Shown in pieces: positions 10,021-22,002 of a stretch of DNA of 64,000 nt; the stretch's first letter is position 1, and every line of letters begins with the position of its first letter. The position numbers and the translations under genes were made by a program. A model generated the notes under the pieces. That model was not told the origin of the DNA and searched no databases. It was given only the letters and a program-made list of their open reading frames with translations. Source of the DNA: Gammaproteobacteria bacterium (GTDB taxonomy: Bacteria; Pseudomonadota; Gammaproteobacteria; Ga0077536); contig CAXXLL010000002.1 of the NCBI GenBank assembly GCA_963662545.2, positions 384,001 to 448,000 of the forward strand, written 5' to 3'.

Positions 10021-12596
10021 TTACCCAGCGGCGGCCTGCGTCTGCGTCTTGGTCTGGGTTTGCGTCTGCTTGGCGCAGCGCTGGAGATCGCGGGCCAGGT
10101 CACTGCCCGTCTGGTAACGCTTCTCGGAATCTTTCTCGAGTGCTTTGTTGATGATGGTAGAGAGGCATGGCCGTTGTTTTACGAGGTCGGGGCACAACTC
10201 GGCGATCTCGGTATGTGCCTCGTTGGCAATCATGTACATCAGGGTCGCCATCGAATCGCCGGCGAACGGCAATTTCCCGGAAATCATCTGGTAGAACATC
10301 ACGCCCAATGAGAAAAGATCGGAGCGGCCGTCGACCTTCTTCCCCGACAGTTGCTCGGGCGACATGTAAGAGGGCGTCCCGAGGACCATGCCCGTTTTTG
10401 TCTTGCTCGAATCGGTGATGCGGGCGATGCCGAAGTCCGTCAACTTGACCTGTTTGATTTCCGGATCGTACATCACGTTGGCGGGTTTGATGTCGCGATG
10501 CACGACGTTGTGCTTGTGCGCGTAGTCGAGCGCCATAGCCGACTTGAACACAATGCCCATGACCGTCGGCAGCGGCAGCAGATCTTCTTCTTTCGTGTGG
10601 CGCGCGAGGTCGTGCCCTGATAAGAATTCCATGGCGATAAAGGCCAGGTCATGCTCTTCGCCGGCGTCGTAGATGGTGACGATATTGGGATGATCGAGCC
10701 GGCCCGCCGTTTCCGCTTCACGAAAGAACCGCTCTTTGACCTCGTCGAGCTCGTCAGCCTCGAATTCCTGTGACAGGGCCATAGTCTTGATCGCTACCGT
10801 ACGGTTGATCTTGGGATCCTTGCCGAGATACACGACACCCATGGCGCCCTTGCCGAGTTCTTTTTCAATCTCGTAGCGGCCGAGCATCGGCTTGGCGATG
10901 CTGCCGTCGAGCAGCATGGTGCTGGCGACGCCGCCGGCCGCGGCGGCTCCGCCGATGACGATGGTGTCGTTGAGTTGCTTGGCGCGGTTGACCTTGTTCT
11001 TGATGTCGCGGAAATTCGGGTCCTTGCTCGCGATGTATTCGTAGGCCGCAGCCGCCTTGTTGAACTGCCGTTTGGTCTCGAAATCGCCGGAAAGCACGTA
11101 CACCGCTTCCAATAGCGATTCGTCAGCAGGGCACTTGCGAAAATATTCGAAGGCCATGTCGAGCTGTCCCTGCTGCTGGAACTGGAGACCCAGCTGCTTA
11201 TTGCTCGTTGCCGAATCGACGTCGAGGCGCCGTTTGGTGGCTTCCGTGACGAGGAAGCGTTTGGTCGTCAACAGCATGTGGCCGACGACGAGCAGGCTGG
11301 TGGCGGTCATGAGCTTGAGCCAGACCGCCTGGCTCGCCATCAAGCCCAGCTCGGTCGCGATGAGAATGAAGAACAAGCCGGCGCTGAACAGCGCGGCGGG
11401 TCCGGCATTGAGGCGCGGCAGGAGCGCGATCAGGTAGGCGGCGACCGCGAGCAGGATCAGGAATTCAGCAAATCCGGCCCAACCGGGGGCGATGAAGAAG
11501 TCCTCGTTCAGAATGCTCGCGACCGTGTGCGCCATGATCAACACCGGGCCGTTGACGTCGCCGAGCGGGGTATACAGCGTCGAGCCGATGCCGAATGCGG
11601 TCGCTCCGATCAAGACGATCTTGTCCTTGAAATTCTCGAGCGGGACCGTGTCCTGGAGAACGTCGTAGAAAGAGTACACGTCGAACGGCGGGCGTCCGCC
11701 TTCACGTTCACCATAGAAAAATGTGTTCAGTTGGAGGAATTCATCGGTCTTGATTTCGAGTTTCCCGAGTTTGACGCTGTCCCCCAGATTGACTCGAATG
11801 TCTTCCGGTCCAAGGTTATGAAAGGCCGCAGCGATCAATAAGAATTGGGACGGGTAGAACCCCCCGTAGTATTCGACCACCAGCGGCTCGTAGCGAATGC
11901 CCCCGTCGACGTCCAGCGGATTGATCAAATGGCCAATGCCCTGGGACGGTTCACCGACGGTCGGAATCGGCGGAACGGCGAGAACGGTTTGCCTGGGAAG
12001 CGGGAAAAGGCCCGTGGGATCGCCGATATTCTCGTCTCTGACTGCATTGCGCACCATGTAATCAGGCATGTCCTCATCTGGATTGCCGATCGGGACGCCT
12101 GGTACGAACTGCATACCGAGCACTACATTGCCGGCCCGGATGAGGGCTTCTGCGAATATCCGGTCGGTATCCAGCTCGAGCTCGGCTGCTTCATAGGCGT
12201 TCATCAGCTCATCGACGACGACGCCCTGCTCGGCGAGCGGCTCGGTCAGCTGACGAAATCGCGACAACCAGTGCAGCCCCGGCGCGACCTGGGGTTCAGA
12301 GTAGAAAACCGCAAGCCCGATGGTTTTTACGCCGGCACCCTGCAGCTTGTCGATCAGTTCAGCGTGGATTTCCCGCGACCACGGCCAGCGGCCAATGTTC
12401 TGGATGCTTTTGTCGTCGATCGCGACGACCGTTACCTGGCCTCCCGGATCGCGCGAAGACATGCGCACGCCAAAATCATAGGCGTCCCGCTCGAGACCTT
12501 GGAGCAGGGCGGTTCTCCCCACCACCAGACAAGCAGGAATATGAAGGACAGAGAGGCACCGACGAACCAATCGGATTTCCAGAACGGGTCGTTCAT
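10021..12596 (-). CDS. CHASE2-domain membrane Ser/Thr protein kinase (probable 1-nt frameshift near 12517-12520)
   Basis: CHASE2 motifs, TMs, TPR-like linker, GKGAMGVVY, VAIK, HRDIKPAN, DFG, YMSPEQ; N-terminus MNDPFWKSDWF at 12596 is out of frame with the body. Confidence 0.88.
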
Positions 12597-12693
12597 CCAG
12601 GATCAGAAATACAGCGTTTAAACAACCAATCTTACTCCGCTTTGTGTTGGAAAAATAGATAGATACGAGGACTTAGGTGTTCTGGTTTTCGGC

Positions 12694-13161
12694 TCAACTA
12701 CACCATTCGGTAACCGCATTGCGCGCTTCCTGGATAGCGGCATCGTATTCTGCGCCTTCGATGACCCGTTTGTTGCCATCTTCGTCGCGATAAAAAAGAT
12801 GGGCGGAGGTTTGGCGTCTGGTCAATTCCGCCCGCGCGAGGCCGCATTTCCGTTTGCGCTGGGTCGCTTCTTCCCGGGCAGCCTGACTCGCGTGTTCGCG
12901 CTCTTCGCGCTCGGCAGTCATCGCTTCCAGCACCCGTTGGGTCCGTTCGTGCCGTTGCCGCGCCCCGGCAGCCGGCGGCGCAGACGGTTTGACTTCGATC
13001 ACCTGGGCGTCCTTGGCTTGGGGTTTGTCGCCGAAATGAATCTTCCCGTTTTCGTCGACCCATTTGTATACATCGCCGGCCGCAACGTCCTCTGCCTGAA
13101 AGCATATGAAGAAGCTCAGAGCAACCGCCACGAGGGCAGCAGGTGCAAATTCAGCGTTCAT
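12694..13161 (-). CDS. DUF4124-domain exported protein
   Basis: Signal-like N-terminus, VYKWVDENGKIHFGDKP motif, C-terminal Cys pair. Confidence 0.8.
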   Translation of the reverse strand: MNAEFAPAALVAVALSFFICFQAEDVAAGDVYKWVDENGKIHFGDKPQAKDAQVIEVKPSAPPAAGARQRHERTQRVLEAMTAEREEREHASQAAREEATQRKRKCGLARAELTRRQTSAHLFYRDEDGNKRVIEGAEYDAAIQEARNAVTEWCS

Positions 13162-13341
13162 GGTTTCGCCTGTCCTTTGGCCAAGGGTGGTTCGGCTGGT
13201 CAGTGTAGCCCGCTTAAACCCGTCACCGGGCAGATTCGCACCCCAGGCGCAGAGAAATACCGGATCATCGTTTGGGACTAATTCCTGCTTATGCGCACTC
13301 ACCGCTCTTAGTGACCTGAGCGGTCGCCTGTAAACGTCAGA

Positions 13342-13500
13342 AAAATGGGAGGTTTAAGCAGTCCGTACGTGTTCGCAGCAGCGCCGCGCCGCGTCCCGAA
13401 TGTGCCTAGTATGGACGATGCCGTTCGCCAGATGCCGGCCGGCGGGCCCTTCAGGGACGGGCGGTCCGTCGTACTGCCTCGGCGTCAGCCGGACTGCATT
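13342..13500 (-). ncRNA. Candidate structured small RNA downstream of fdxA
   Basis: 8-bp closing stem GCAGTCCG/CGGACTGC (13358-13365 / 13490-13497) enclosing smaller hairpins, followed by a T-run on the minus strand; family not recognised. Confidence 0.4.
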
Positions 13501-13532
13501 ACCGGGACTGGTCAGGGATGTCCGGTCCCGGT
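13501..13532 (-). terminator. Hairpin downstream of fdxA
   Basis: ACCGGGACTGG...CCGGTCCCGGT inverted repeat about 25 nt after the fdxA stop. Confidence 0.45.
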
Positions 13533-13555
13533 TCTAGTGTGCTGCCCCGCAAAGT

Positions 13556-13879
13556 TCAGCGCTCGAGATATTGCAGCTTATCGGTTTTCTCCCGCCACTC
13601 ATCCGCATCGGGCAGCGGGTCTTTCATCTCACTGATCACCGGCCACTCGGCGGAAAGTTCCGTGTTCAAGGCGAGGTATTGCTGCTCGTCGTCGGTGAGA
13701 TCGTCCTCGGATTTGATGGCGTCGACCGGACATTCGGGTTCGCACAAGGTGCAATCGATACATTCGTCCGGATCGATGACCAGCATGTTCGGCCCTTCGT
13801 GAAAGCAATCGACGGGACATACTTCCACACAGTCCGTGAGCTTGCACTTGATACAACTTTCAACAACAACAAATGTCAT
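13556..13879 (-). CDS. fdxA: 7Fe ferredoxin FdxA
   Basis: [18 protein letters not shown] and [12 protein letters not shown]; typical synteny with mutS. Confidence 0.95.
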   Translation of the reverse strand: MTFVVVESCIKCKLTDCVEVCPVDCFHEGPNMLVIDPDECIDCTLCEPECPVDAIKSEDDLTDDEQQYLALNTELSAEWPVISEMKDPLPDADEWREKTDKLQYLER

Positions 13880-13955
13880 GTCTCAGCACTTCGTGACGAA
13901 TGAAACGGCGGTGTATTATAGCGGCGGCTTCGCCCGAGCCCAACAAGAAAATCGC

Positions 13956-16511
13956 TTATTCATCGTCGAGTAAGGACCGTAAGCGGTAGAGGGTTTCGAG
14001 CGCTTCGATCGGTGTCAGAGAGTCGGGGTCCAGCATTTCCAGCGCGCCGACGAGCGGGTGTTTATTCGAAAACAAGGGTAATTGCGGTGAATCTCCGCTC
14101 AGGCGACCCTGATCGCGGAACTCCAGCGATTCGAGCAGGCCACGCGCCCGCTGGATGACTTCATGCGGCACGCCCGCACGGCGGGCCACAGCAAGGCCGA
14201 AACTTTGATTGGCAGCGCCTTCGGTCACGCTATGCATGAACACTACGTCCTCACCGTGCTCGACTGCGTCCAGACGGACGTTGGCGACGGTGGGCATTTC
14301 CTCGGCGAGCGCCGTCAGTTCGAAATAGTGCGTCGCGAAAAGCGTATAGGACTGATTCGTGCTAGCGAGATGTTCGGCCGCCGCCCAGGCCAGCGACATG
14401 CCGTCGTAGGTACTCGTCCCGCGCCCGATCTCGTCGACGATAACGAGGCTGGATGCGGTGGCGTTGTGCAGGATGCTCGCGATTTCAAGCATCTCGACCA
14501 TGAAGGTGCTCTGGCCCCCGGCGAGATTATCCGAAGCCCCGATGCGCGAGTAGATGGCGTCGATGGGTCCGAAGTTTGCGCCGCCAGCCGGTACGAAGCT
14601 GCCGATGTGCGCGAGCAGGGTGATCAGCGCGGCCTGGCGCATATAGGTCGACTTTCCTCCCATGTTCGGGCCGGTGACCACGAGCAGTTTGCGCTTATCG
14701 TCAAGGCTTAGATCGTTGGCGACAAACGGTTCGGAGTGAAATTCCTCGACCAGCGGATGGCGTCCCGCCTTGATGACCAGCGCAGGCGCTTCAGTGAATT
14801 CGGGCTGCGCAAAACGCAGGGTCTCGGCGCGCTCCGCAAATGATGCAAGCACGTCGACCTCGGCGATTGCCGCGGCCGTGGTCTGCAGTTCAGAAATGTA
14901 ACTCGCGACGGTATCGAGCAGTCGCTCGTAGAGCTCTTTTTCTCTACGCAGGGACTTTTCGGCGGCGCTGAGTATGCGTGTTTCGAACGTTTTCAGATCG
15001 GGCGTGAGGTAGCGCTCTGTCGCTTTAAGGGTCTGGCGCCGGGTGTAGCGATCCGGGACGCGAGCGGCCTGGGTCCGGCTGATTTCGATGTAGTAGCCGT
15101 GCACCCGGTTGTAACCGACTTTGAGCCCGGCGATGCCGGTCTGTTCGCGTTCACGCCGTTCGAGTTCGATGAGTTCCGCATCGGCGTCCGCACTGGTGCG
15201 GCGGAGTTCATCCAGGGTCGTGTCATATCCTTCGGCGATGACGCCGCCGTCCCGAATCAGCCGGGGCGGAGATTCGACGATGGCGCGGCGCAGGCGCTCG
15301 CGCAACTCGGGCAGCTCTTGAATGCCACCATGCAGGGTCTCAATGAGCGGACTGGCGTCGGTAAGTAGCTGTGCCCGCAAAGCGGGTATCGACTCGAAGG
15401 CATCGCGCAGGTGGGCGAGATCATGGGGCCTGGCGGTACGCAGCGCGACGCGCGAAGTAATCCGCTCGATGTCGTGAATCCGCTTGAGACAGATTCGGAT
15501 TTCATCCAGGTCGAGCGTTGAAATTAGCGCCGCTACGGCGTGATGGCGCAGGCGCAGGCAATCGTGTGCGCGTGTGGGCCGATGGAGCCAGCGGCGCAGG
15601 AGGCGCCCACCCATCGGCGTCTGGCTGGTATCGATGAGGGCGATCAAGGTTTGGCGATCGTTGCCGGACAAGGATTGAGTCAGTTCGAGATTCCGTCGGG
15701 TCGCCGCGTCCATGCGTATCGAATCTCCCGGATATTCGACGCGCATACCGGTGACGTGGGGCAGCGAGCCGCTTTGTGTTTCCTGCGCGAAGACCAGCAG
15801 TGCGCCCGCCGCGCCGACGGCGGTTGGCATCGCTGAGCAACCGAATGCGCTCAGGTCGTCAACGCGGAAATGCTCACAAATCCGGCGCTTTGCCGTTTCG
15901 GTGTCAAAGCGCCACGGCGGCAGCGGCCGCGACCTTGCTAGCCAGGCGGAGGAGAGGACTTCGCTCGCGCTTTCATCAATTAGGATCTCTGCGGGCGCGA
16001 GGCGCTCCAACTCGGATTCGAACTCCGCTTTCGAAAGCAGTTCGGTCAGTAGAAAGCGTCCGCAGCTCAAATCGAGCCAGGCCAAACCAAAAATACCGCC
16101 ATGCACGCAAAGCGACGCCACTAGGGTGTCCTGTCGCTCTTCGAGCAAGGCTTCTTCGGTGATCGTGCCGGGCGTCAATACGCGGGTTACTCTGCGTTCC
16201 AGCGGCCCGCGTGACTCGGCGGGATCGCCGAATTGCTCGCAAATGGCGACCGATTCGCCGAGTTTGAGCAGTCGTGCCAGGTAACCGTCGGCGGCGTGCG
16301 CCGGTACCCCGGCCATGGGTATCGGTTCGCCGCCGCTCCTCCCGCGTGTGGTCAAGGTTAGGTCGAGCAATCGCGCGGCGCGGCGCGCGTCGTCATAAAA
16401 TAATTCGTAGAAATCGCCCATGCGGTAGAACAGCAGGCTGTCGGTATGCTCGGCCTTGATGCCGAGATACTGCCGCATGACGGGGGTATGTTCGCTCTTG
16501 CGGGGCGCCAT
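13956..16511 (-). CDS. mutS: DNA mismatch repair protein MutS
   Basis: [47 protein letters not shown]. Confidence 0.97.
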   Translation of the reverse strand: MAPRKSEHTPVMRQYLGIKAEHTDSLLFYRMGDFYELFYDDARRAARLLDLTLTTRGRSGGEPIPMAGVPAHAADGYLARLLKLGESVAICEQFGDPAESRGPLERRVTRVLTPGTITEEALLEERQDTLVASLCVHGGIFGLAWLDLSCGRFLLTELLSKAEFESELERLAPAEILIDESASEVLSSAWLARSRPLPPWRFDTETAKRRICEHFRVDDLSAFGCSAMPTAVGAAGALLVFAQETQSGSLPHVTGMRVEYPGDSIRMDAATRRNLELTQSLSGNDRQTLIALIDTSQTPMGGRLLRRWLHRPTRAHDCLRLRHHAVAALISTLDLDEIRICLKRIHDIERITSRVALRTARPHDLAHLRDAFESIPALRAQLLTDASPLIETLHGGIQELPELRERLRRAIVESPPRLIRDGGVIAEGYDTTLDELRRTSADADAELIELERREREQTGIAGLKVGYNRVHGYYIEISRTQAARVPDRYTRRQTLKATERYLTPDLKTFETRILSAAEKSLRREKELYERLLDTVASYISELQTTAAAIAEVDVLASFAERAETLRFAQPEFTEAPALVIKAGRHPLVEEFHSEPFVANDLSLDDKRKLLVVTGPNMGGKSTYMRQAALITLLAHIGSFVPAGGANFGPIDAIYSRIGASDNLAGGQSTFMVEMLEIASILHNATASSLVIVDEIGRGTSTYDGMSLAWAAAEHLASTNQSYTLFATHYFELTALAEEMPTVANVRLDAVEHGEDVVFMHSVTEGAANQSFGLAVARRAGVPHEVIQRARGLLESLEFRDQGRLSGDSPQLPLFSNKHPLVGALEMLDPDSLTPIEALETLYRLRSLLDDE

Positions 16512-16766
16512 CTAGCTTTCTGAAAAAGACGCTATTTACTTTTCTCGCCGATCCGCCGCAGAACCGGCGGCCAGGCCAGCCACATGCTACTCCCAGCGTA
16601 CATGCGAATATTTTGAAATAGGGTCTGGTTCGAACAGGGCCTTATGTTACCGTTTTGCGGACCCGGAAGCGCGCGCGGGGCTCTGAATATTTTCCAAGCG
16701 GACTTGAAATGACGCGCATGAGCCCATAGTTTTTCGCAACACCACCCCTCAGCAAAAGGCGTGCTT

Positions 16767-18638
16767 ATGGCGATTGAAACGGCGAAAGAACAACGAGGAT
16801 TCGAATCGGAAGTTCGCCAGATTCTTGATCTCGTTATCAATTCCCTCTATAGCAACAGCGAGATATTTCTTCGCGAACTACTCTCCAATGCTTCGGATGC
16901 TGCCGACACGCTACGCTTCGCGGCGCTGTCGGATGATGGTCTGTACGAGGGCGATTCCGATCTCGCCGTCCAGATCGATTTCAGCGAGAAGCTCGGCACC
17001 GTCACCGTTCGGGACAACGGCATCGGCATGAGCAGAGACGAAGCCATCGAAAACCTTGGAACCATCGCGAAATCCGGCACGAAGGCATTCTTCGGCGCCT
17101 TGAGCGGCGATGAAAGAAAGGATTCTCAACTGATCGGCCAGTTCGGCGTGGGTTTTTATGCCTCGTTCATCGTCGCGGATAAGGTCATCGTGACGTCGCG
17201 CAAAGCCGGCCTGTCAGAAGACGAAGGGGTGCGCTGGGAGAGCGACGGCAAAGGTAAATATACCGTCGAGACCGTGCGCCGCAAAAAGCGGGGCACGGAA
17301 GTCGTGCTCCATCTCAAAGACGACGCCAAGGAATTCGCCAACGGTTTTCGTCTGCGCGAGTTGTGCAAGCGTTATTCCGACCACATCTCGGTGCCAGTGA
17401 GTATGCCCAAGGGCGATAACGGCAAGGGCTACGAGGTCGTCAATCAGGCCACCGCGATGTGGCAACGCGCCAAGAAAGAAATCAGCAACGAGGAGTACAA
17501 GGAATTCTACAAGCACGTTGCCCATGATTTCGAGGATCCCCTCGAATGGGTGCATTCGAAAGTCGAAGGCAAGCTCGAGTACACCACGCTCTTATATGTT
17601 CCCGCGCAAGCCCCTTTCGATCTGTGGGATCGCGAGAGCACGCACGGCGTCAAACTCTACGTCCAGCGCGTGTTCATCATGGACGAAGCCGACGATCTCT
17701 TACCGCGTTACTTGCGATTCATCCGCGGCGTCATTGACAGCAACGATCTGCCGCTCAACGTGTCGCGGGAAATGTTGCAGCGGAACAAGACGCTGGACGC
17801 CATTCGCTCCGGCTCGGTCAAGAAAATTCTGGGCATGTTCGAGTCGCTCGCCAAAGGTAAGGACTACGCCCGATTCTGGAAGGCATTCGGGCGGGTCGTG
17901 AAAGAGGGGGTGATCGAGGATGCGGCGAATCAGGAACGAATTGCGAAGCTGTTGCGGTTTTCGAGTACGCATGAAGACGAACCGGAATCCGATGTCGCTC
18001 TGGCAGACTACGTCTCCAGGATGTCCGAGGATCAGGATGCCATTTATTACATCGTCGCCGATGGTTTTGCGACCGCCAAGAACAGTCCACACCTCGAATA
18101 TTTCAGGGACAAGGGCATGGAAGTCCTGTTGATGCACGATCCGATTGACGAGTGGGTGGTCACCCATCTCAACGAGTTCGACGGTAAGCCTCTGAAATCG
18201 GTAGTACACGGAGAGATCGAAGGTGATCAATCCAGCAAAAGTGAGGAGGAAGAAACCGATGCGGCGGCGAGCCAACTGATCGAGAAGGTCAAGCACGCGC
18301 TCGCCGGCAAAGTCGAGAACGTTCGGAGCACCCTGCGGCTCACTTCATCGCCGGCCTGTCTCGTTTCGGCCGATGCCCAGATGAGCGCCAACCTGGAACG
18401 CTTGCTGAAGGCTTCGGGCCAAGACGTCCGGGGCGCTAAGCGAATTCTGGAACTCAATATCGAGCATCCCATGGTACGAATGCTGGAGGATATGGACGAC
18501 GAGCAGAAAATCGAGACGTGGTCGACGCTGCTGTTCGAGCAGTCGGTGCTGGCCGAGGGCGGCAAGCTCGACGATCCGGCCGGTTTCGTTAAACGCATGA
18601 ACGAAGTTGTCCTTGAACTCGCTGGCGGGAATTCCTAA
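16767..18638 (+). CDS. htpG: Molecular chaperone HtpG (Hsp90)
   Basis: YSNSEIFLRELLSNASDA, NLGTIAKSGT, GQFGVGFY, LPLNVSRE. Confidence 0.97.
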   Translation: MAIETAKEQRGFESEVRQILDLVINSLYSNSEIFLRELLSNASDAADTLRFAALSDDGLYEGDSDLAVQIDFSEKLGTVTVRDNGIGMSRDEAIENLGTIAKSGTKAFFGALSGDERKDSQLIGQFGVGFYASFIVADKVIVTSRKAGLSEDEGVRWESDGKGKYTVETVRRKKRGTEVVLHLKDDAKEFANGFRLRELCKRYSDHISVPVSMPKGDNGKGYEVVNQATAMWQRAKKEISNEEYKEFYKHVAHDFEDPLEWVHSKVEGKLEYTTLLYVPAQAPFDLWDRESTHGVKLYVQRVFIMDEADDLLPRYLRFIRGVIDSNDLPLNVSREMLQRNKTLDAIRSGSVKKILGMFESLAKGKDYARFWKAFGRVVKEGVIEDAANQERIAKLLRFSSTHEDEPESDVALADYVSRMSEDQDAIYYIVADGFATAKNSPHLEYFRDKGMEVLLMHDPIDEWVVTHLNEFDGKPLKSVVHGEIEGDQSSKSEEEETDAAASQLIEKVKHALAGKVENVRSTLRLTSSPACLVSADAQMSANLERLLKASGQDVRGAKRILELNIEHPMVRMLEDMDDEQKIETWSTLLFEQSVLAEGGKLDDPAGFVKRMNEVVLELAGGNS

Positions 18639-18800
18639 GGAACCTCTGAATAAGAGATGGTGCGGGTGAATGGCGCATGAAATCGTGCAGATCAAGGCAC
18701 GAATCGCAGGCCATAGCGGGGACTATTGGCAAGATTCGTGACGCCGAGCTCCGCGATTTCAGGCGCAAGGCAGGTGTGCCATAACTTATTCAGGGGTTGC
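18639..18800. mobile_element. MITE, 162 bp, inserted at the htpG stop
   Basis: TIR GGAACCTCTGAATAAG / CTTATTCAGGGGTTGC, flanked by CTAA and TTAA. Confidence 0.7.
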
Positions 18801-18817
18801 TTAAGCCCGTGGATACG

Positions 18818-19690
18818 ATGCCGACGGCGCGGGATTTGATCGAGCGCGCCGCGGTTAAGTTCGTCGGCGCGGGACTCCATTTCGGACACGGCACGGATAA
18901 CGCGCACGACGAGGCGACGTTCATTGTGTTGCATGCGCTCGGACTGGAATACCCGGTTGACGAACGCGATCTGACGCGTGCCTTGAAAACGGATGACGTC
19001 GATGCGGTCTTAAGTCTTGTCAACGAACGCATCCGCAGCCGGCGTCCTGCCGCTTACCTCACACACGCGATGTGGTTCGCTGGCCGGCCGTTCTATGTTG
19101 ACGAGCGGGTGCTCGTGCCGCGTTCTCCGATTGCGGAGATGGTGCGGCAAAAGTTCCAACCTTGGCTCGGACGCCAACCGGTACGGCGAATACTCGATAT
19201 CGGTACCGGTTGTGGCTGCATCGCCTTGACCAGTGCGCTCGAATTTTTCGAGGCCACCGTTCACGCAACCGACCTAAGTACCGAAGCACTGCAGGTCGCG
19301 GCGATCAATTGCGAACGCTTCGGCCTCCAGGAGCGGGTGCAATTCGAATGCGCCGATCTTTTTCCCATGTCCGAAAGGAATTTCGACCTCATCGTTAGCA
19401 ATCCCCCGTACGTTTCAGATGCCCGGCTGCAATGCCTGCCGGCGGAATTCCTGCATGAACCGCGCATCGCGCTCGTTGCCGGCGACGAGGGTCTCCTTTG
19501 CGTGAAACGGATACTCGGTAAAGCCACGGAATACCTTGCGGACGGCGGCTTGCTTGTCGTGGAGGTCGGTGAGGTCTGGCCCGAGATCGAACGGCATTAT
19601 CCGGGAATTGCATTTAACTGGGTCGAGTTCCAGCATGGCGGTGAGGGCGTTTTCGTTGTGAGTAAGAATGAACTCGCGTCGTTGACCTGA
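18818..19690 (+). CDS. prmB: Ribosomal protein L3 N5-glutamine methyltransferase
   Basis: FGHGTDNA, VDERVLVPRSPIAE, LDIGTG, SNPPY; directly upstream of aroC. Confidence 0.92.
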   Translation: MPTARDLIERAAVKFVGAGLHFGHGTDNAHDEATFIVLHALGLEYPVDERDLTRALKTDDVDAVLSLVNERIRSRRPAAYLTHAMWFAGRPFYVDERVLVPRSPIAEMVRQKFQPWLGRQPVRRILDIGTGCGCIALTSALEFFEATVHATDLSTEALQVAAINCERFGLQERVQFECADLFPMSERNFDLIVSNPPYVSDARLQCLPAEFLHEPRIALVAGDEGLLCVKRILGKATEYLADGGLLVVEVGEVWPEIERHYPGIAFNWVEFQHGGEGVFVVSKNELASLT

Positions 19691-19774
19691 CGGCACGAGA
19701 GATGCGCGACCAATAAAAAAAAATTACTCGGAAGATTATTACGGCACGGCACGCTGGCGGGCTAGAATAGCGCT

Positions 19775-20878
19775 ATGTCCGGCAATTCCATTGGCAAGCT
19801 GTTTACGGTCACGACCGCGGGTGAGAGCCACGGTCCCGGTTACCTGTGCATCGTCGACGGCTGTCCGCCCGGCATGGCACTGGACGAATCCGATCTTCAG
19901 ACAGATCTCGACCGGCGCAAACCCGGTAAATCCCGCCATACGACGCAGCGGCGCGAGGACGACACCGTCCGCATCCTTTCGGGTGTCTTCGAAGGCAGAA
20001 CGACCGGCACGCCCATCGCGCTCATGATTGAAAATACCGATCAGAAGTCGAAGGACTATTCGAATATCAAGGACAAGTTCCGTCCCGGGCATGCGGATTA
20101 CGCCTACATACAAAAATACGGGGTGCGCGACTACCGCGGCGGCGGACGCGCATCAGCGCGTGAAACCTGTATGAGGGTGGCGGCCGGTGCCATTGCGAAA
20201 AAGTATCTGGCAGACGAAAGCGGTGTTGTGGTGCGTGCGTATCTCGCACAACTGGGGCCCATAAAGCTGCGTTGCGAGGACCTCGAAGCGGCGAATTCGA
20301 ACCCTTTCTTCTGCGCCGAACCGGGCCGCGTGGAAGAGTTGGAAGCGTATATGGACGCCTTGCGGAAGGAAGGCGATTCTATCGGCGCGCGGGTCAACCT
20401 CATTGCCACCGGTATAACGCCCGGATGGGGTGAACCGGTGTTCGATCGGCTGGACGCGGATATCGCCAAAGCGTTGATGAGTATCAACGCGGTCAAAGCC
20501 GTGGAACTGGGTGAGGGATTTGCGGCGGTCGAGCACAAAGGAACCCAGCATAGAGACGAGATGAGTCCGCGCGGATTCGCTAGCAACAACGCGGGCGGCG
20601 TTCTCGGCGGGATCTCCACCGGCCAGGACATCCTCGTCAGCATCGGGCTAAAACCGACCTCGAGCATTCGCTTGAGCGGCGATACCGTCAACATCGAGGG
20701 TGAAGCGACCGACATTGCGACCTACGGCCGCCACGACCCCTGTGTCGGTATTCGTGCCGTCCCCATCGCCGAAGCGATGCTGGCGCTCGTCTTGATGGAT
20801 CACCATCTGCGTCACCGCGCGCAGAACGCATCCACGGTGGTTAAGACGCCCGACATTACCCGCGTGCAGTGTGACTGA
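19775..20878 (+). CDS. aroC: Chorismate synthase
   Basis: GESHG, RPGHAD, RASARET, RHDPCV. Confidence 0.97.
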   Translation: MSGNSIGKLFTVTTAGESHGPGYLCIVDGCPPGMALDESDLQTDLDRRKPGKSRHTTQRREDDTVRILSGVFEGRTTGTPIALMIENTDQKSKDYSNIKDKFRPGHADYAYIQKYGVRDYRGGGRASARETCMRVAAGAIAKKYLADESGVVVRAYLAQLGPIKLRCEDLEAANSNPFFCAEPGRVEELEAYMDALRKEGDSIGARVNLIATGITPGWGEPVFDRLDADIAKALMSINAVKAVELGEGFAAVEHKGTQHRDEMSPRGFASNNAGGVLGGISTGQDILVSIGLKPTSSIRLSGDTVNIEGEATDIATYGRHDPCVGIRAVPIAEAMLALVLMDHHLRHRAQNASTVVKTPDITRVQCD

Positions 20879-20891
20879 TTGATGAGCGCTG

Positions 20892-21992
20892 ATGAGTGAT
20901 GGGCACGGCGGCCGTCTCATCAGGGCGGATACCGCAGTACGTGAAATGGCCGAGCGGATCCAGGCGGCGTCCCAGGCACGGGAACCGCTGCGTATCGTCG
21001 GCGGTGACACCAAGTCATTTTACGGTCGGCCGGTCAGCGGGACGGCGTTCGAGATGGCCGGATATGCCGGCATCGTCGCCTACGAACCGACCGAACTCGT
21101 GATCACGGCGAAAGCCGGCACCACTCTGGACGAGATCGACCAAATTCTCGAACGCAACGCCCAGATGCTCGGTTTCGAACCGCCGCATTGCGGGCGGCGT
21201 TCAACCGTCGGCGGCGTCGTTGCCAGCGGCCTGTCGGGACCCGGGCGGCCCTGGTTGGGTGCCGTTCGTGATTTCGTGCTGGGGGTGGAGACGATCAACG
21301 GTCAGGGGCAGCTTCTGCGGTTCGGTGGCCAGGTAATGAAGAACGTAGCCGGGTACGACGTGTCCCGGCTCATGGCCGGTTCGCTCGGCACCTTAGGGGT
21401 CATCACACGCGTATCGCTACGGGTCGTGCCGAAACCTCGAAGTGCGGCGACCCTGATCTGGGGGCTCGCAAAGTCCGAGGCGAAAGCGCGCATGCTGGAA
21501 TGGTCCCGGCAACCGTGGCCGATTACCGCCATGGCGTTCGACGGCACTGCGCTGCGTATTCGAGCGTCCGGCAGCGAGCAGGCCCTCGCCGACGCGATCG
21601 AGCGATTGAGTCCCGACTCATGGGTGTCTGACGATGATTACTGGAGCCGCTTACGCGATTTCAATCTGCCCATATTTCAATCACAGAACGCATCCGTGTG
21701 GCGGCTGTCTCTGCCCCCTGCCGCGCCGGATCCCGAGGACATCGTACCGGACCTATGGGATTGGGGCGGCGCGCAGCGTTGGCTGAGAAATGCCGCGGAC
21801 GGCACGACGCTACAGCGACACTGCGCATCCCACGGCGGACACGCAGCGTGTTTTCGCAGTCATGATCAAGCGCGTTCGCCGGAAGTTTTCATGCAGCCCG
21901 ATCAAGCCCTGCAGGGGATATTCGAGCGATTGAAACGCGCCTTCGACCCGGCCGGCATTTTCAATCCCGGACGACACTTCGCCTGGATGTAG
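20892..21992 (+). CDS. glcE: Glycolate oxidase FAD subunit GlcE
   Basis: YEPTELVITA, FGGQVMKNVAGYDVSRL, FDPAGIFNPGR. Confidence 0.9.
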   Translation: MSDGHGGRLIRADTAVREMAERIQAASQAREPLRIVGGDTKSFYGRPVSGTAFEMAGYAGIVAYEPTELVITAKAGTTLDEIDQILERNAQMLGFEPPHCGRRSTVGGVVASGLSGPGRPWLGAVRDFVLGVETINGQGQLLRFGGQVMKNVAGYDVSRLMAGSLGTLGVITRVSLRVVPKPRSAATLIWGLAKSEAKARMLEWSRQPWPITAMAFDGTALRIRASGSEQALADAIERLSPDSWVSDDDYWSRLRDFNLPIFQSQNASVWRLSLPPAAPDPEDIVPDLWDWGGAQRWLRNAADGTTLQRHCASHGGHAACFRSHDQARSPEVFMQPDQALQGIFERLKRAFDPAGIFNPGRHFAWM

Positions 21993-22002
21993 AAGACTCC
22001 TG

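Noticed and set aside
10035-10072. QTQTQTKTQTQ repeat at the kinase C-terminus
   Set aside because: Short low-complexity tail with degenerate codons; no sign of a functional repeat locus
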